A stretch of 64,000 nucleotides of DNA from Candidatus Poribacteria bacterium (GTDB taxonomy: Bacteria > Poribacteria > WGA-4E > WGA-3G), in assembly GCA_963663765.2 (NCBI GenBank), contig CAXXUA010000013.1, positions 480,001 to 544,000 on the forward strand, read 5' to 3'. The notes below the pieces were generated by a model. The model had not been told where the DNA came from. It worked only from the letters and a program-made list of their open reading frames with translations, and searched no databases. The translations under genes were made by a program, and so were the position numbers. Shown here one piece after another: positions 29,685 through 38,380 of this stretch. Within the stretch, counting starts at the first letter, position 1, and each line of letters opens with the position of its first letter.

Positions 29685-31305
29685 ATATATCTTTGTAACA
29701 GGCGGCGTCATCTCAGGAATAGGAAAAGGAATTACAACCGCTTCTTTAGGCAGATTGCTAATTAACCGGGGTTTTAGAGTAAATGTCGTGAAAATTGACC
29801 CATATCTGAATGTTGATGCAGGTGTGATGAACCCGTTTCAACATGGTGAGGTATTTGTAACGCACGATGGGGCTGAAACCGACTTAGATGTTGGAAACTA
29901 TGAGAGATTTCTGGGGGTAGACCTAAATCAACAATCAAACTTTACCACAGGGTCCGTATACCATGAAGTCATAACAAAGGAACGCCGTGGGGATTACCTC
30001 GGTCAGACTGTTCAATTAATCCCACATATTACGGATGAAATCAAACATCGCATCTTCCAGATTGGGAAAAATAGTGCCGTTGATGTTGTCATCACGGAGA
30101 TCGGCGGTACCGTTGGGGATTTTGAAATGTTTCCGTTTATTGAAGCAATTCGGCAAATAGCAGTGGAAGTTAGTCGTGAAAATACTCTGTTTCTTCACGT
30201 CTCACTCATTTATACCTTTCCAAATGGAGAAAGCAAAAGCAAACCTACTCAACACAGCATCAGGAAACTTCAAGAATTGGGAATCCAACCCGACCTACTC
30301 TTATGCCGCACAAGTCACCCTATTGATGAGAGTATCCGTAGGAAGATTTCTCTGCTATGTGGTATCAGTGAGGCTTCTATTCTTGAAAGTATGGATACAA
30401 ACTGCGTAGATGAAATTCCTCTTAATTTTGAGGTACAGGGTATGGGACATCTTGTCTCCAAAAAGTTGGGTCTTATGAGGCGCGCAACCTTGGACGCTGA
30501 ATGGATTGCGATGGTAGAAAAACTCAAGCACCCAAAGCATTCTGCTAAAATCGCAATTGTGGGAAAATACACCACTGGTAGTGACGCCTATATAAGTGTC
30601 GTTGAGGCGATAAAACACGGTGGCGTTGCGAATGAAGCACAAGTTGAAATTGAATGGATTGAAGCAGAAATGCTAACAGAACATTCGCATATAGATGAGT
30701 TTTTTGAAGGTATTGATGGAATCTTGGTTCCCGGAGGATTTGGTTATCGCGGTATTGAAGGTATGATAAAAGCAGCAAAGTATGCACGTGAAAAACGCAT
30801 CCCATATTTTGGATTGTGTCTCGGCATGCAATGCCTCGTAATAGAATTTGCTCGCAACGTCGCGAACATGCAAAATGCTAATAGCACAGAAGTAGATGAA
30901 AAAACACCTTATCCAGTCATAGATTTAATGTTTGAACAACGTTCAATCGCCGACAAAGGCGCAACAATGCGACTTGGACATTACCCTTGCGTTCTCAAAG
31001 AAAACACTAAGAGTTATGATGCCTATCAGCAACCAATTATCTTAGAACGGCATAGACATCGCTATGAATTGAATAACGATTTCCGTACGCAATTAGAGGA
31101 TGCAGGCCTCTGTTTCAGTGGTGTGTCACCTGATGAAAGTCTTGTGGAAATTGCCGAAGTTTCCAATCATCCGTGGATGGTTGGTTCACAATTTCATCCT
31201 GAATTCCAATCCAAACCACTGGTACCACACCCATTATTCAAAAACTTTATTGCAGCAGTATTAGCATACCAAAGAGAACATAGTGATATAGGAGATGAGG
31301 AATGA
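29677..31305 (+). CDS. pyrG: CTP synthase
   Basis: TKYIFVTGGVISGIGKG, KIDPYLNVDAG, GLCLGMQ, ERHRHRYE, QFHPEF. Confidence 0.98.
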   Translation: MTKYIFVTGGVISGIGKGITTASLGRLLINRGFRVNVVKIDPYLNVDAGVMNPFQHGEVFVTHDGAETDLDVGNYERFLGVDLNQQSNFTTGSVYHEVITKERRGDYLGQTVQLIPHITDEIKHRIFQIGKNSAVDVVITEIGGTVGDFEMFPFIEAIRQIAVEVSRENTLFLHVSLIYTFPNGESKSKPTQHSIRKLQELGIQPDLLLCRTSHPIDESIRRKISLLCGISEASILESMDTNCVDEIPLNFEVQGMGHLVSKKLGLMRRATLDAEWIAMVEKLKHPKHSAKIAIVGKYTTGSDAYISVVEAIKHGGVANEAQVEIEWIEAEMLTEHSHIDEFFEGIDGILVPGGFGYRGIEGMIKAAKYAREKRIPYFGLCLGMQCLVIEFARNVANMQNANSTEVDEKTPYPVIDLMFEQRSIADKGATMRLGHYPCVLKENTKSYDAYQQPIILERHRHRYELNNDFRTQLEDAGLCFSGVSPDESLVEIAEVSNHPWMVGSQFHPEFQSKPLVPHPLFKNFIAAVLAYQREHSDIGDEE

Positions 31306-32561
31306 GCAGCACGGCAACGCTCCACACTGGCGCGTGGTATGGAGATGAAGAACTAATACTAAAGTTTCCAACTGACTGGGAAGTGGAAATGTTGAACCAA
31401 ACGGATGCACCTGCACTCTCAGACACACAAATTGAGCAAGCTTTTGCAGAACCGATCGGCACAAAACGCATCGTTGAAATTGCAAGAGGCAAAAAAAGCT
31501 CAACCATCATCGTTGATGACTTGAGTCGTCCTACTCCCGCGTATCAAGTCGTTCCGTTTCTATTACGAGAACTTACCGATGCAGGTATACCGAAATCAGA
31601 AATCCGATTTGTCATAGGTGTTGGTGGACACCGACCTATCACCGAGGAGGAAATGGCAAAGAAACTTGGTGCTGATGTCGTAGCAGAATTTGAGGTCACC
31701 AATCATGATTTCTTAAGCGATGACCTACGCGCATTGGGACATCTGGACAACGGCACACCTATATATATCAATCGAACAGTCACAGATGCAGACGTCAAAA
31801 TCTGTCTCGGCGGAATCTATCCACACAGTTCTGTCGGTTTTAGTGGAGGAGCAAAACTTATCGTCCCCGGTACCGCAGGTTTTACCACCATGTATTATTT
31901 TCACACATTTCCACAAGGACGCGGACCAGCAGTGATTGAAGGAGAAAGCGAAGAGCCTGATCGTCGCGATACCATTGAAATGGCAGCAGGTGTACTTGGA
32001 TTAGATGCTATCGTGAATGTCGTACTAAATAGTCGACGCGAAATTTGTGGGTTGTTCGTAGGGGATTTTATCAAAGCACACCGCAAAGGCGCACAATTTG
32101 CCTTGGACACCTATAGAACGGAAATATCGGAAACAACCCGAACACAAAGCGATCTTGTTGTGATAAACTGCTATCCACTTGACGCAGATGCAATTCAACT
32201 TGATAAGGCACTTGCAGCTTTTTCCTACTTCGAAAATGCTTATACGATTGCACTCTATCCTGCAACTGATGGGTCATGTTTTCACGGACTATTTGACCGA
32301 CTTGATTATAAACGCTATGTACAACAGAAAATTGATAGGATACCTACAGTTCCATCACCCGCACCAAAACTTGGAAGACCCACACAACTTCATGTCTGGT
32401 CTGAACATTTTGATAGAGATGATTTCTACAAAGAGTATCCATCTTCTCTGCTATTCCGTGATATTGATCAGCTGATTCAACTGATGTCTGAGAAACTCCC
32501 CGCACGCGCGAAAGTCGCAGTTTTACCCACAGCAGGAATTCAGGTGCTAATACCGAAATAA
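31302..32561 (+). CDS. LarA-family (nickel-pincer) 2-hydroxyacid racemase/epimerase, paralogue 1
   Basis: DDLSRPTP, GGHRP, YPHSSVGFSGGAK, YFH, QLDKAL. Confidence 0.85.
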   Translation: MSSTATLHTGAWYGDEELILKFPTDWEVEMLNQTDAPALSDTQIEQAFAEPIGTKRIVEIARGKKSSTIIVDDLSRPTPAYQVVPFLLRELTDAGIPKSEIRFVIGVGGHRPITEEEMAKKLGADVVAEFEVTNHDFLSDDLRALGHLDNGTPIYINRTVTDADVKICLGGIYPHSSVGFSGGAKLIVPGTAGFTTMYYFHTFPQGRGPAVIEGESEEPDRRDTIEMAAGVLGLDAIVNVVLNSRREICGLFVGDFIKAHRKGAQFALDTYRTEISETTRTQSDLVVINCYPLDADAIQLDKALAAFSYFENAYTIALYPATDGSCFHGLFDRLDYKRYVQQKIDRIPTVPSPAPKLGRPTQLHVWSEHFDRDDFYKEYPSSLLFRDIDQLIQLMSEKLPARAKVAVLPTAGIQVLIPK

Positions 32562-32635
32562 GAGTGTGAAAATATTTTGCATAAACAGTGATATTTACAA
32601 TATTTTAGACAAAAGTAAAACTTTTCACAAATCAA

Positions 32636-32841
32636 AACCCCGCGGTAGGAACGACCTCCCAGTCACGATTTTCTTACAAAAATGAGTAAAATAGCTAAAC
32701 TAATAAACTCTGCCTAATGCTCAGGGTTATTCAGTTTTTCTAATATACGGATATTTCAATATGAAACCCAGTGGTAGGAGCGACCTCCCGGTCGCGATTT
32801 TCTCGGGAAACGTGTAAATTGGATAGAACTAAATAATTCTG
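32636..32841 (+). repeat. Two diverged ~75-bp direct repeats, each starting with a GTAG-REP (GTAGGAGCGACCTCCCGGTCGCG)
   Basis: Units at about 32636-32712 and 32765-32841, separated by CAGGGTTATTCAGTTT, whose reverse complement recurs at about 49189 and 49342. Confidence 0.65.
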
Positions 32842-32909
32842 ACACATGCTACAAATCTATTGACATGTCAACCGATTTAAGTTATCCTATTCATATATTC
32901 AAGCAATAG

Positions 32910-33712
32910 GTGAGAAAAAAATAGAAACGAATAAAGCAGAATTAGAAGAAATACGCATTCTATTCAATACGAAGATTGGACATTTTGCAGATTAAAGTGC
33001 AAGATGGTTATTCAAAAAAACAGAGAACTTACACGGATTAGAACTGATCCTTACCAGTGAACTTGCTGAAAGACTTGACTTTACACAAACAAAGGTCGAA
33101 AACAGGAGTATTGTTGACGACACATTGCGAGATTTAGTCTCTGATATGGTGTTTACAGTACCATTTCGGGACGACACCTTTAGAGACAACCTCACCATCT
33201 ATATCCTCTTAGAGCATCAGTCTACCGTTGACCACCTGATGGGTATAGGATGTTGTCCTATATGTGCCAAATATGGCATGGACAACTGCAGGAACAAAAA
33301 AGTGCGAAAATGCCTATAAATCAGTGGCGTTTATGCCCCATTCTTCCCATCGTCTTTTATACGGGGAAACAACAATGGCAACTACCCATTTTTCTGTTCG
33401 AATCTGGTTTTTTTTATACGTCCTGAAGAGGAACAAGCCCACTTATGACAACTCTTACAAACCCACACCCATGATAAGGAGGTAGAAAAGATCACTATGA
33501 CAGGTGCAGAAACTCTTATACAACAAGGTGAAAAACACGGACAAATACAAGCAGCACGGGAGGTTCTCTTGAAATTTATTGACCTCCGTTTTGGTGATAT
33601 GCCCGATACGGTTATCCGTGAAATATCAAGGATACACAGTCGTTCTCGTTTGAACACCCTTTTAGAACAGGCTGCAACCGCACAAACACTTGATGATATC
33701 AAATGGCAGTAG
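32910..33712 (+). pseudogene. Rpn/YhgA-like (PD-(D/E)XK, Transposase_31) nuclease pseudogene
   Basis: HFAD*SARWLF..LDF..DMVFTVPF..YILLEHQS; frameshift to YRMLSYMCQIW..PILPIVFYTG; internal deletion; C-terminal MTGAETLIQQG..RFG intact. Confidence 0.8.
33497..33712 (+). CDS. Intact C-terminal small ORF of the Rpn gene (RpnS/DUF4351-like)
   Basis: 71 aa, MTGAE start, LLKFIDLRFG, SD AAGGAGGT at 33476-33483. Confidence 0.45.
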   Translation: MTGAETLIQQGEKHGQIQAAREVLLKFIDLRFGDMPDTVIREISRIHSRSRLNTLLEQAATAQTLDDIKWQ

Positions 33713-33764
33713 AAAATAATAGGATGACTGAGGTATTTTCTTATCCGCAGAGCATGGAAGCTAA

Positions 33765-33799
33765 GAAACCTCCATGCTTTAGTTGGAGGAGTATATCAC
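33765..33799 (+). mobile_element. IS200/IS605 (IS1341-type) right-end-like remnant
   Basis: GAAACCTCCATGCTTTAGTTGGAGGAGTATATCAC: hairpin with CTTTAG loop, ending TCAC. Confidence 0.5.
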
Positions 33800-33839
33800 A
33801 GGTTCATCCTATTAGTACGTTATTTAATGGAGACAAACG

Positions 33840-35096
33840 ATGAACAATAGTGCAACAGTCCACTCCCGTGCATGGTACGGAGATGAAGTACTGACACTCA
33901 ATTTTCCCACGGATTGGGAAGTGGAAATGCTGGAACAAAAAGATGCACCAGTACTTTCTGACGCACAAATTGAACAGTCTTTTGCAGAACCTATTGGCAC
34001 AGAACGAATCGCTCATATCGCAACAGGCAAAAAGAGTGCTGCCATCATCGTTGATGACCTAAGCCGTCCAACTCCAGCAGCAAGAGTAATACCATATATA
34101 TTACAGGAACTTACAGCAGCGGGTGTGCCAAAATCAGAAATCCGTTTTGTCGTCGGTGGTGGATCACATCGTCCTCTAACACAAGAAGAAATCGCGAAGA
34201 AAGTGGGTACTGATATAGCAGCAGAATATCAGGTAACAAACCACAACTTTATGAGCGGCAACCTTTGTGGGTATGGAAGTCTTGACAACGGTATGCCTAT
34301 CTACATAGATAGAGTTGTTGCAGATGCGGAGTTTAAAATCTGTTTGGGTGGAATATATCCCCACGGTGCTGTTGGTTTTGGTGGGGGTGCAAAACTGATT
34401 GTTCCCGGTGTATCAGGTTTTGCAACGATGTTCTATTTCCACACATTTTCTGCCAGTCGTGGACATGCAGTCATTGAAAAAATGGATAATACTCCGGACC
34501 ATCGCGATTATGCTGAACAGGTTGCTGCTGTCATCGGTCTTGATGTCATAGCAAATGTTGTGCTTAATTCTCGTCGTGAGATATGTGGACTATTCATCGG
34601 TGACTATGTTCAGGCACACCAAGTAGGAGCACATTTTGCTTTGGAGACTTACGGGACACAGATACCGATGCAGTCCAGGAAAGAAACCGATCTGGTTGTG
34701 TTAAACTGCTATCCACTTGATAGTGATCCCATCCAAACAGGAAAAGCATTATGGGCAACACAGTATTTTGAAAAAGCATACAAAATGGCACTCAATCCAG
34801 CAAGTGATGGAATTTGTTATCACGGATTGTTTGATGAAATTGACTACAACCGCTATCTTGAACAAAGAGCAGAAAGATCACAACCTGAACTCTCGGAACC
34901 CAAAATCGGAAACCGAGACCAACTCCATGTCTGGTCTGTACATTTTAGAGTGGACGATTTTTACAAAAAACACGCAAACGGTATCCTATTCCGAAACCTT
35001 GAACAACTGATACAACTTTTTGCCGAAATACTACCAGCCAACGCAAAAATCGCTGTCCTACCTTCAGCAGGAATTCAGGTCATAGCAGAGGAATAA
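33840..35096 (+). CDS. LarA-family racemase/epimerase, paralogue 2
   Basis: DDLSRPTP, GSHRP, YPHGAVGFGGGAK, YFH, QTGKAL; collinear with 31302..32561. Confidence 0.85.
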   Translation: MNNSATVHSRAWYGDEVLTLNFPTDWEVEMLEQKDAPVLSDAQIEQSFAEPIGTERIAHIATGKKSAAIIVDDLSRPTPAARVIPYILQELTAAGVPKSEIRFVVGGGSHRPLTQEEIAKKVGTDIAAEYQVTNHNFMSGNLCGYGSLDNGMPIYIDRVVADAEFKICLGGIYPHGAVGFGGGAKLIVPGVSGFATMFYFHTFSASRGHAVIEKMDNTPDHRDYAEQVAAVIGLDVIANVVLNSRREICGLFIGDYVQAHQVGAHFALETYGTQIPMQSRKETDLVVLNCYPLDSDPIQTGKALWATQYFEKAYKMALNPASDGICYHGLFDEIDYNRYLEQRAERSQPELSEPKIGNRDQLHVWSVHFRVDDFYKKHANGILFRNLEQLIQLFAEILPANAKIAVLPSAGIQVIAEE

Positions 35097-35098
35097 GT

Positions 35099-35632
35099 TT
35101 GAAGCCAATGTTTTCTTCCTTTAGAAATTACCTACTACGCATAAATGCCTTTCTTGGAAAAATTGAAATAGGTTTGTTATGTCTAATAGTCGCAATGATG
35201 GTTGGACTTGCGGTGCTTGAAATCATCTTACGCTACTTCAATAAAAGTCTGTCATGGAAACAAGATATGCTGGAGGACTTAACGCTCTGGATGTGTTTTT
35301 TTGGCGCAGCACTTGCTTCTTCTGAAAAAAGGCATATCAGTATTGATATTCTGAGAAGAATATTACCTGAAAATGCCACGCGATATATATCATATCTCAT
35401 TGATGGGATAAGTTTGATTGTTGTGAGTATCTTAATCTATTACGGGCTTGAATTTCTGAAAATTGAACAACAAGGAAGTGAAACTTTGATTAGTTCTATC
35501 CCGCGTTGGTGGGCAAAGACAGTTATTCCAATAGGCTTCGTCCTCATTGGGATTCACCTATTGATGCAACTGATAATTAATCTAATCACACCTGCCCACA
35601 CTGAGAATGATGTTGAAGGAGAAGCAGACTGA
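35099..35632 (+). CDS. dctQ: TRAP transporter small permease (DctQ)
   Basis: 4 TM segments; FFGAALA..RHISID. Confidence 0.88.
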   Translation: MKPMFSSFRNYLLRINAFLGKIEIGLLCLIVAMMVGLAVLEIILRYFNKSLSWKQDMLEDLTLWMCFFGAALASSEKRHISIDILRRILPENATRYISYLIDGISLIVVSILIYYGLEFLKIEQQGSETLISSIPRWWAKTVIPIGFVLIGIHLLMQLIINLITPAHTENDVEGEAD

Positions 35633-36915
35633 TGGGTTTAATCATTGGAATCAGTTTGGCTACATTTGCTATTTTGGGTGGGGCCCTCTTTGTGTTACTT
35701 GGTGGCGCAACAATTATCGGATACATCTTTGCTGGTGATCAGCTTATTGGAATTATAATTGATTTCCACCAATTTATCAAAAATCCTACAATTCTAATTA
35801 TTCCACTGTTCACATTTGCTGGCTATGTAATAGCAGAAGGAAAAGCCCCCCAACGATTAGTCGCATTCGCGCGTGCAAGTGTCGGTTGGTTACCGGGCGG
35901 AATTGCTATCATTGTGCTTGTGACTTGTGCGTTCTTTACAACTTTTACGGGGGCATCAGGCGTAACAATCATCGCCCTCGGTGGGTTGGTCTATCCAATC
36001 CTACGGCAGAACTATAATGAAAGATTTTCTCTGGGATTGATTACTGCTTCAGGCAGTATCGGTCTCCTTTTCCCTCCAAGTATTCCACTTATACTCTACG
36101 CAATTATTGCAAATGTGCCAATCGGTACGATGTTTTTCGCTGGTATTATACCCGGTATCATAATTCTCTTTGTCCTAAGTGCTTATTGTTGCGGATGGAG
36201 CGTGTTCAAAAAGACTGAAAGGACAAAGTTCAGTTGGTCAACTTTCGTAAAAACCTTCTGGGAAGCAAAATGGGAAATTCTGCTACCGATTCTTGTGTTA
36301 GGAGGACTCTTTAGTGGAATTAATCTTGATGAAGTCGCTGCATTGACTGTCATATATGTCTGTATCGTAGAAATATGTATTCATCGATCAATCTCTGTGA
36401 AAACTTTACCACGTCTTGTAAAAGATAGCATGATCCTGGTAGGGGCAATCCTAATCATACTCGGTATTGCTACAGCACTAACAGGATATCTAATCAACAT
36501 TGGCGTGCCTGATCTTGTCCTTGAATGGATTCAATCATTCACTAAGAACAAAATCATTACACTTATCGGACTTAATATCTTCTTACTGATAATTGGATGC
36601 TTGATGGACATCTTTTCAGCTATCGTCATCATTGTTCCGTTGCTGATTCCGATTGCAGATGGGTTCGGAATAGACAAGATACACCTCGGCATTATTGTCT
36701 TGACAAACCTTGAAATTGGCTATCTGACACCCCCTATTGGCTTGAATCTGTTTATCTCAAGTATGAAATTTGATAAGTCCATTATCTTATTGTATAGATC
36801 TGTTCTTCTCTTTATCGGACTGTTGTTGATTGCATTGATACTGGTAACTTATATCCCAGACTTGAGTCTTTGGCTGCCACGTGTACTCGGTAAAATAACA
36901 ACTCCGTTGATGTAA
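35632..36915 (+). CDS. dctM: TRAP transporter large permease (DctM)
   Basis: IPLFTFAG, GSIGLLFPPSIP, EIGYLTPPIGLNLF. Confidence 0.92.
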   Translation: MGLIIGISLATFAILGGALFVLLGGATIIGYIFAGDQLIGIIIDFHQFIKNPTILIIPLFTFAGYVIAEGKAPQRLVAFARASVGWLPGGIAIIVLVTCAFFTTFTGASGVTIIALGGLVYPILRQNYNERFSLGLITASGSIGLLFPPSIPLILYAIIANVPIGTMFFAGIIPGIIILFVLSAYCCGWSVFKKTERTKFSWSTFVKTFWEAKWEILLPILVLGGLFSGINLDEVAALTVIYVCIVEICIHRSISVKTLPRLVKDSMILVGAILIILGIATALTGYLINIGVPDLVLEWIQSFTKNKIITLIGLNIFLLIIGCLMDIFSAIVIIVPLLIPIADGFGIDKIHLGIIVLTNLEIGYLTPPIGLNLFISSMKFDKSIILLYRSVLLFIGLLLIALILVTYIPDLSLWLPRVLGKITTPLM

Positions 36916-37213
36916 TCCATCAATAGTGTCAAATTAAGAAGTGTTGTCGGTAGGGTTGAGGGTCAGCGAAACCATAAATCAGCAGCATGATTGCTTTATA
37001 GCATTCCCCGGCTGACTTGGTTGGGTGTGGAATCTCGGATGACACCGATTTCACAGATTTCGCGGTGAAGAGTTCAGCAGTAGATCGTATTTCATAGGAA
37101 AAACTTAATCTAAGGCATACGTCTGATGTAGATGCCCACTTCGCATAATCCGCGATACTGACAACATCTTGTCTAAAACTTTACACACCCACAGAAACAC
37201 AGAAACTTTACAA

Positions 37214-37242
37214 TTTACATCAACTAACAAATGTGCTATAAT
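37214..37242 (+). promoter_or_regulatory. Sigma70-type promoter for bmp(-fdh) genes
   Basis: TTTACA, 17 nt, TGc-TATAAT; SD AGGAG before ATG 37281. Confidence 0.6.
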
Positions 37243-37280
37243 AGAATCAGTTTCAACACAAGAGAGGAGACATATTTATT

Positions 37281-38324
37281 ATGAAACAGAATCGTTGGTC
37301 AAATAGGATTAGTCTAAGAGTTTTGTTGTGTATAATTTCTATTCTTACAATCGGATCTATATTCGAAGGTTGCCAGGATGCTAAAATAGATGGTAAATTT
37401 AAGGTTGCTATGCTTCTCCCTGCTGATCATACCGACGGTGGATGGAATGCTTTAGCTTACCAAGGACTTATGTTAATTGAAAAGGAGTTGGGGGCTACAG
37501 TCAAATACGTTGTAAGTCGAACCCATACCGATCAAGAAGAACACTTCCGTTTTTATGCAGATAAGGGTTTTGACCTAATTATCGGACACGGTTTTGAATT
37601 TCAGGAACCAGCAAAAGCAGTTGCACGGGATTTCCCTGATACCATATTCATTACTTCTTCAGGTGGCACTAGAGAAAAGAACATTTCTCCTATGAACCTA
37701 CGCGTTGAACAACCTGCCTACCTATGTGGAATCATCGCTGGGATGATGACCAAAGAGAACAAAATCGGTGCTATCGGTGGAGAAGAAATCCCATCGGTTA
37801 ATAGTACATTCAAAGCATTTAAAGCAGGTGCAGAAGATGTCAATCCAGATGTAGAGTTACGTGTAGGATGGGTAGGGAACTGGATTAACGCTGGTAGAGG
37901 CAAGGAAATCGCACTCGCACAGATTAGCGAAGGTGTGGATTTTCTTTTTCCAAATGCAGATGCTGCCGGACTAGGTGCTTATGAAGCAGCGGAAGTCGCA
38001 CAAAAAGATGGTAAGACGGTATATACCTTTGGTGCCAATCTTGACAAAAGTAAAATTTCACCAACAACAGTCCTTGCAAACGCTGTCGTTACACCAAAAG
38101 TATTTGTCCAGATTGCTAAAATAGTTAAGGATGGTAAGTTTAAACCGAAAATCTATACCTTTAATATGTTAACCGACAATGCCATCTCATTCAACTATAA
38201 TCAAGAAATGAAGGACAAAATACCACAAGAAGTAATAGATGCTGTTGAGGAAGCGAAAGCAAAGATCCTTTCTGGCGAGTTTGAGGTGCCTCAAACTGAT
38301 TTTACTGCTGAAGAGCAAGAATAA
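37281..38324 (+). CDS. BMP family ABC substrate-binding lipoprotein
   Basis: Lipobox-like FEGC; DGGWNALAYQGL; IIGHGFEF; KIGAIGG. Confidence 0.9.
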   Translation: MKQNRWSNRISLRVLLCIISILTIGSIFEGCQDAKIDGKFKVAMLLPADHTDGGWNALAYQGLMLIEKELGATVKYVVSRTHTDQEEHFRFYADKGFDLIIGHGFEFQEPAKAVARDFPDTIFITSSGGTREKNISPMNLRVEQPAYLCGIIAGMMTKENKIGAIGGEEIPSVNSTFKAFKAGAEDVNPDVELRVGWVGNWINAGRGKEIALAQISEGVDFLFPNADAAGLGAYEAAEVAQKDGKTVYTFGANLDKSKISPTTVLANAVVTPKVFVQIAKIVKDGKFKPKIYTFNMLTDNAISFNYNQEMKDKIPQEVIDAVEEAKAKILSGEFEVPQTDFTAEEQE

Positions 38325-38380
38325 CTGTATAGGGCACCAACAGGACACTTGTATATCCTTCTAAGATGGAATCCTGAACT

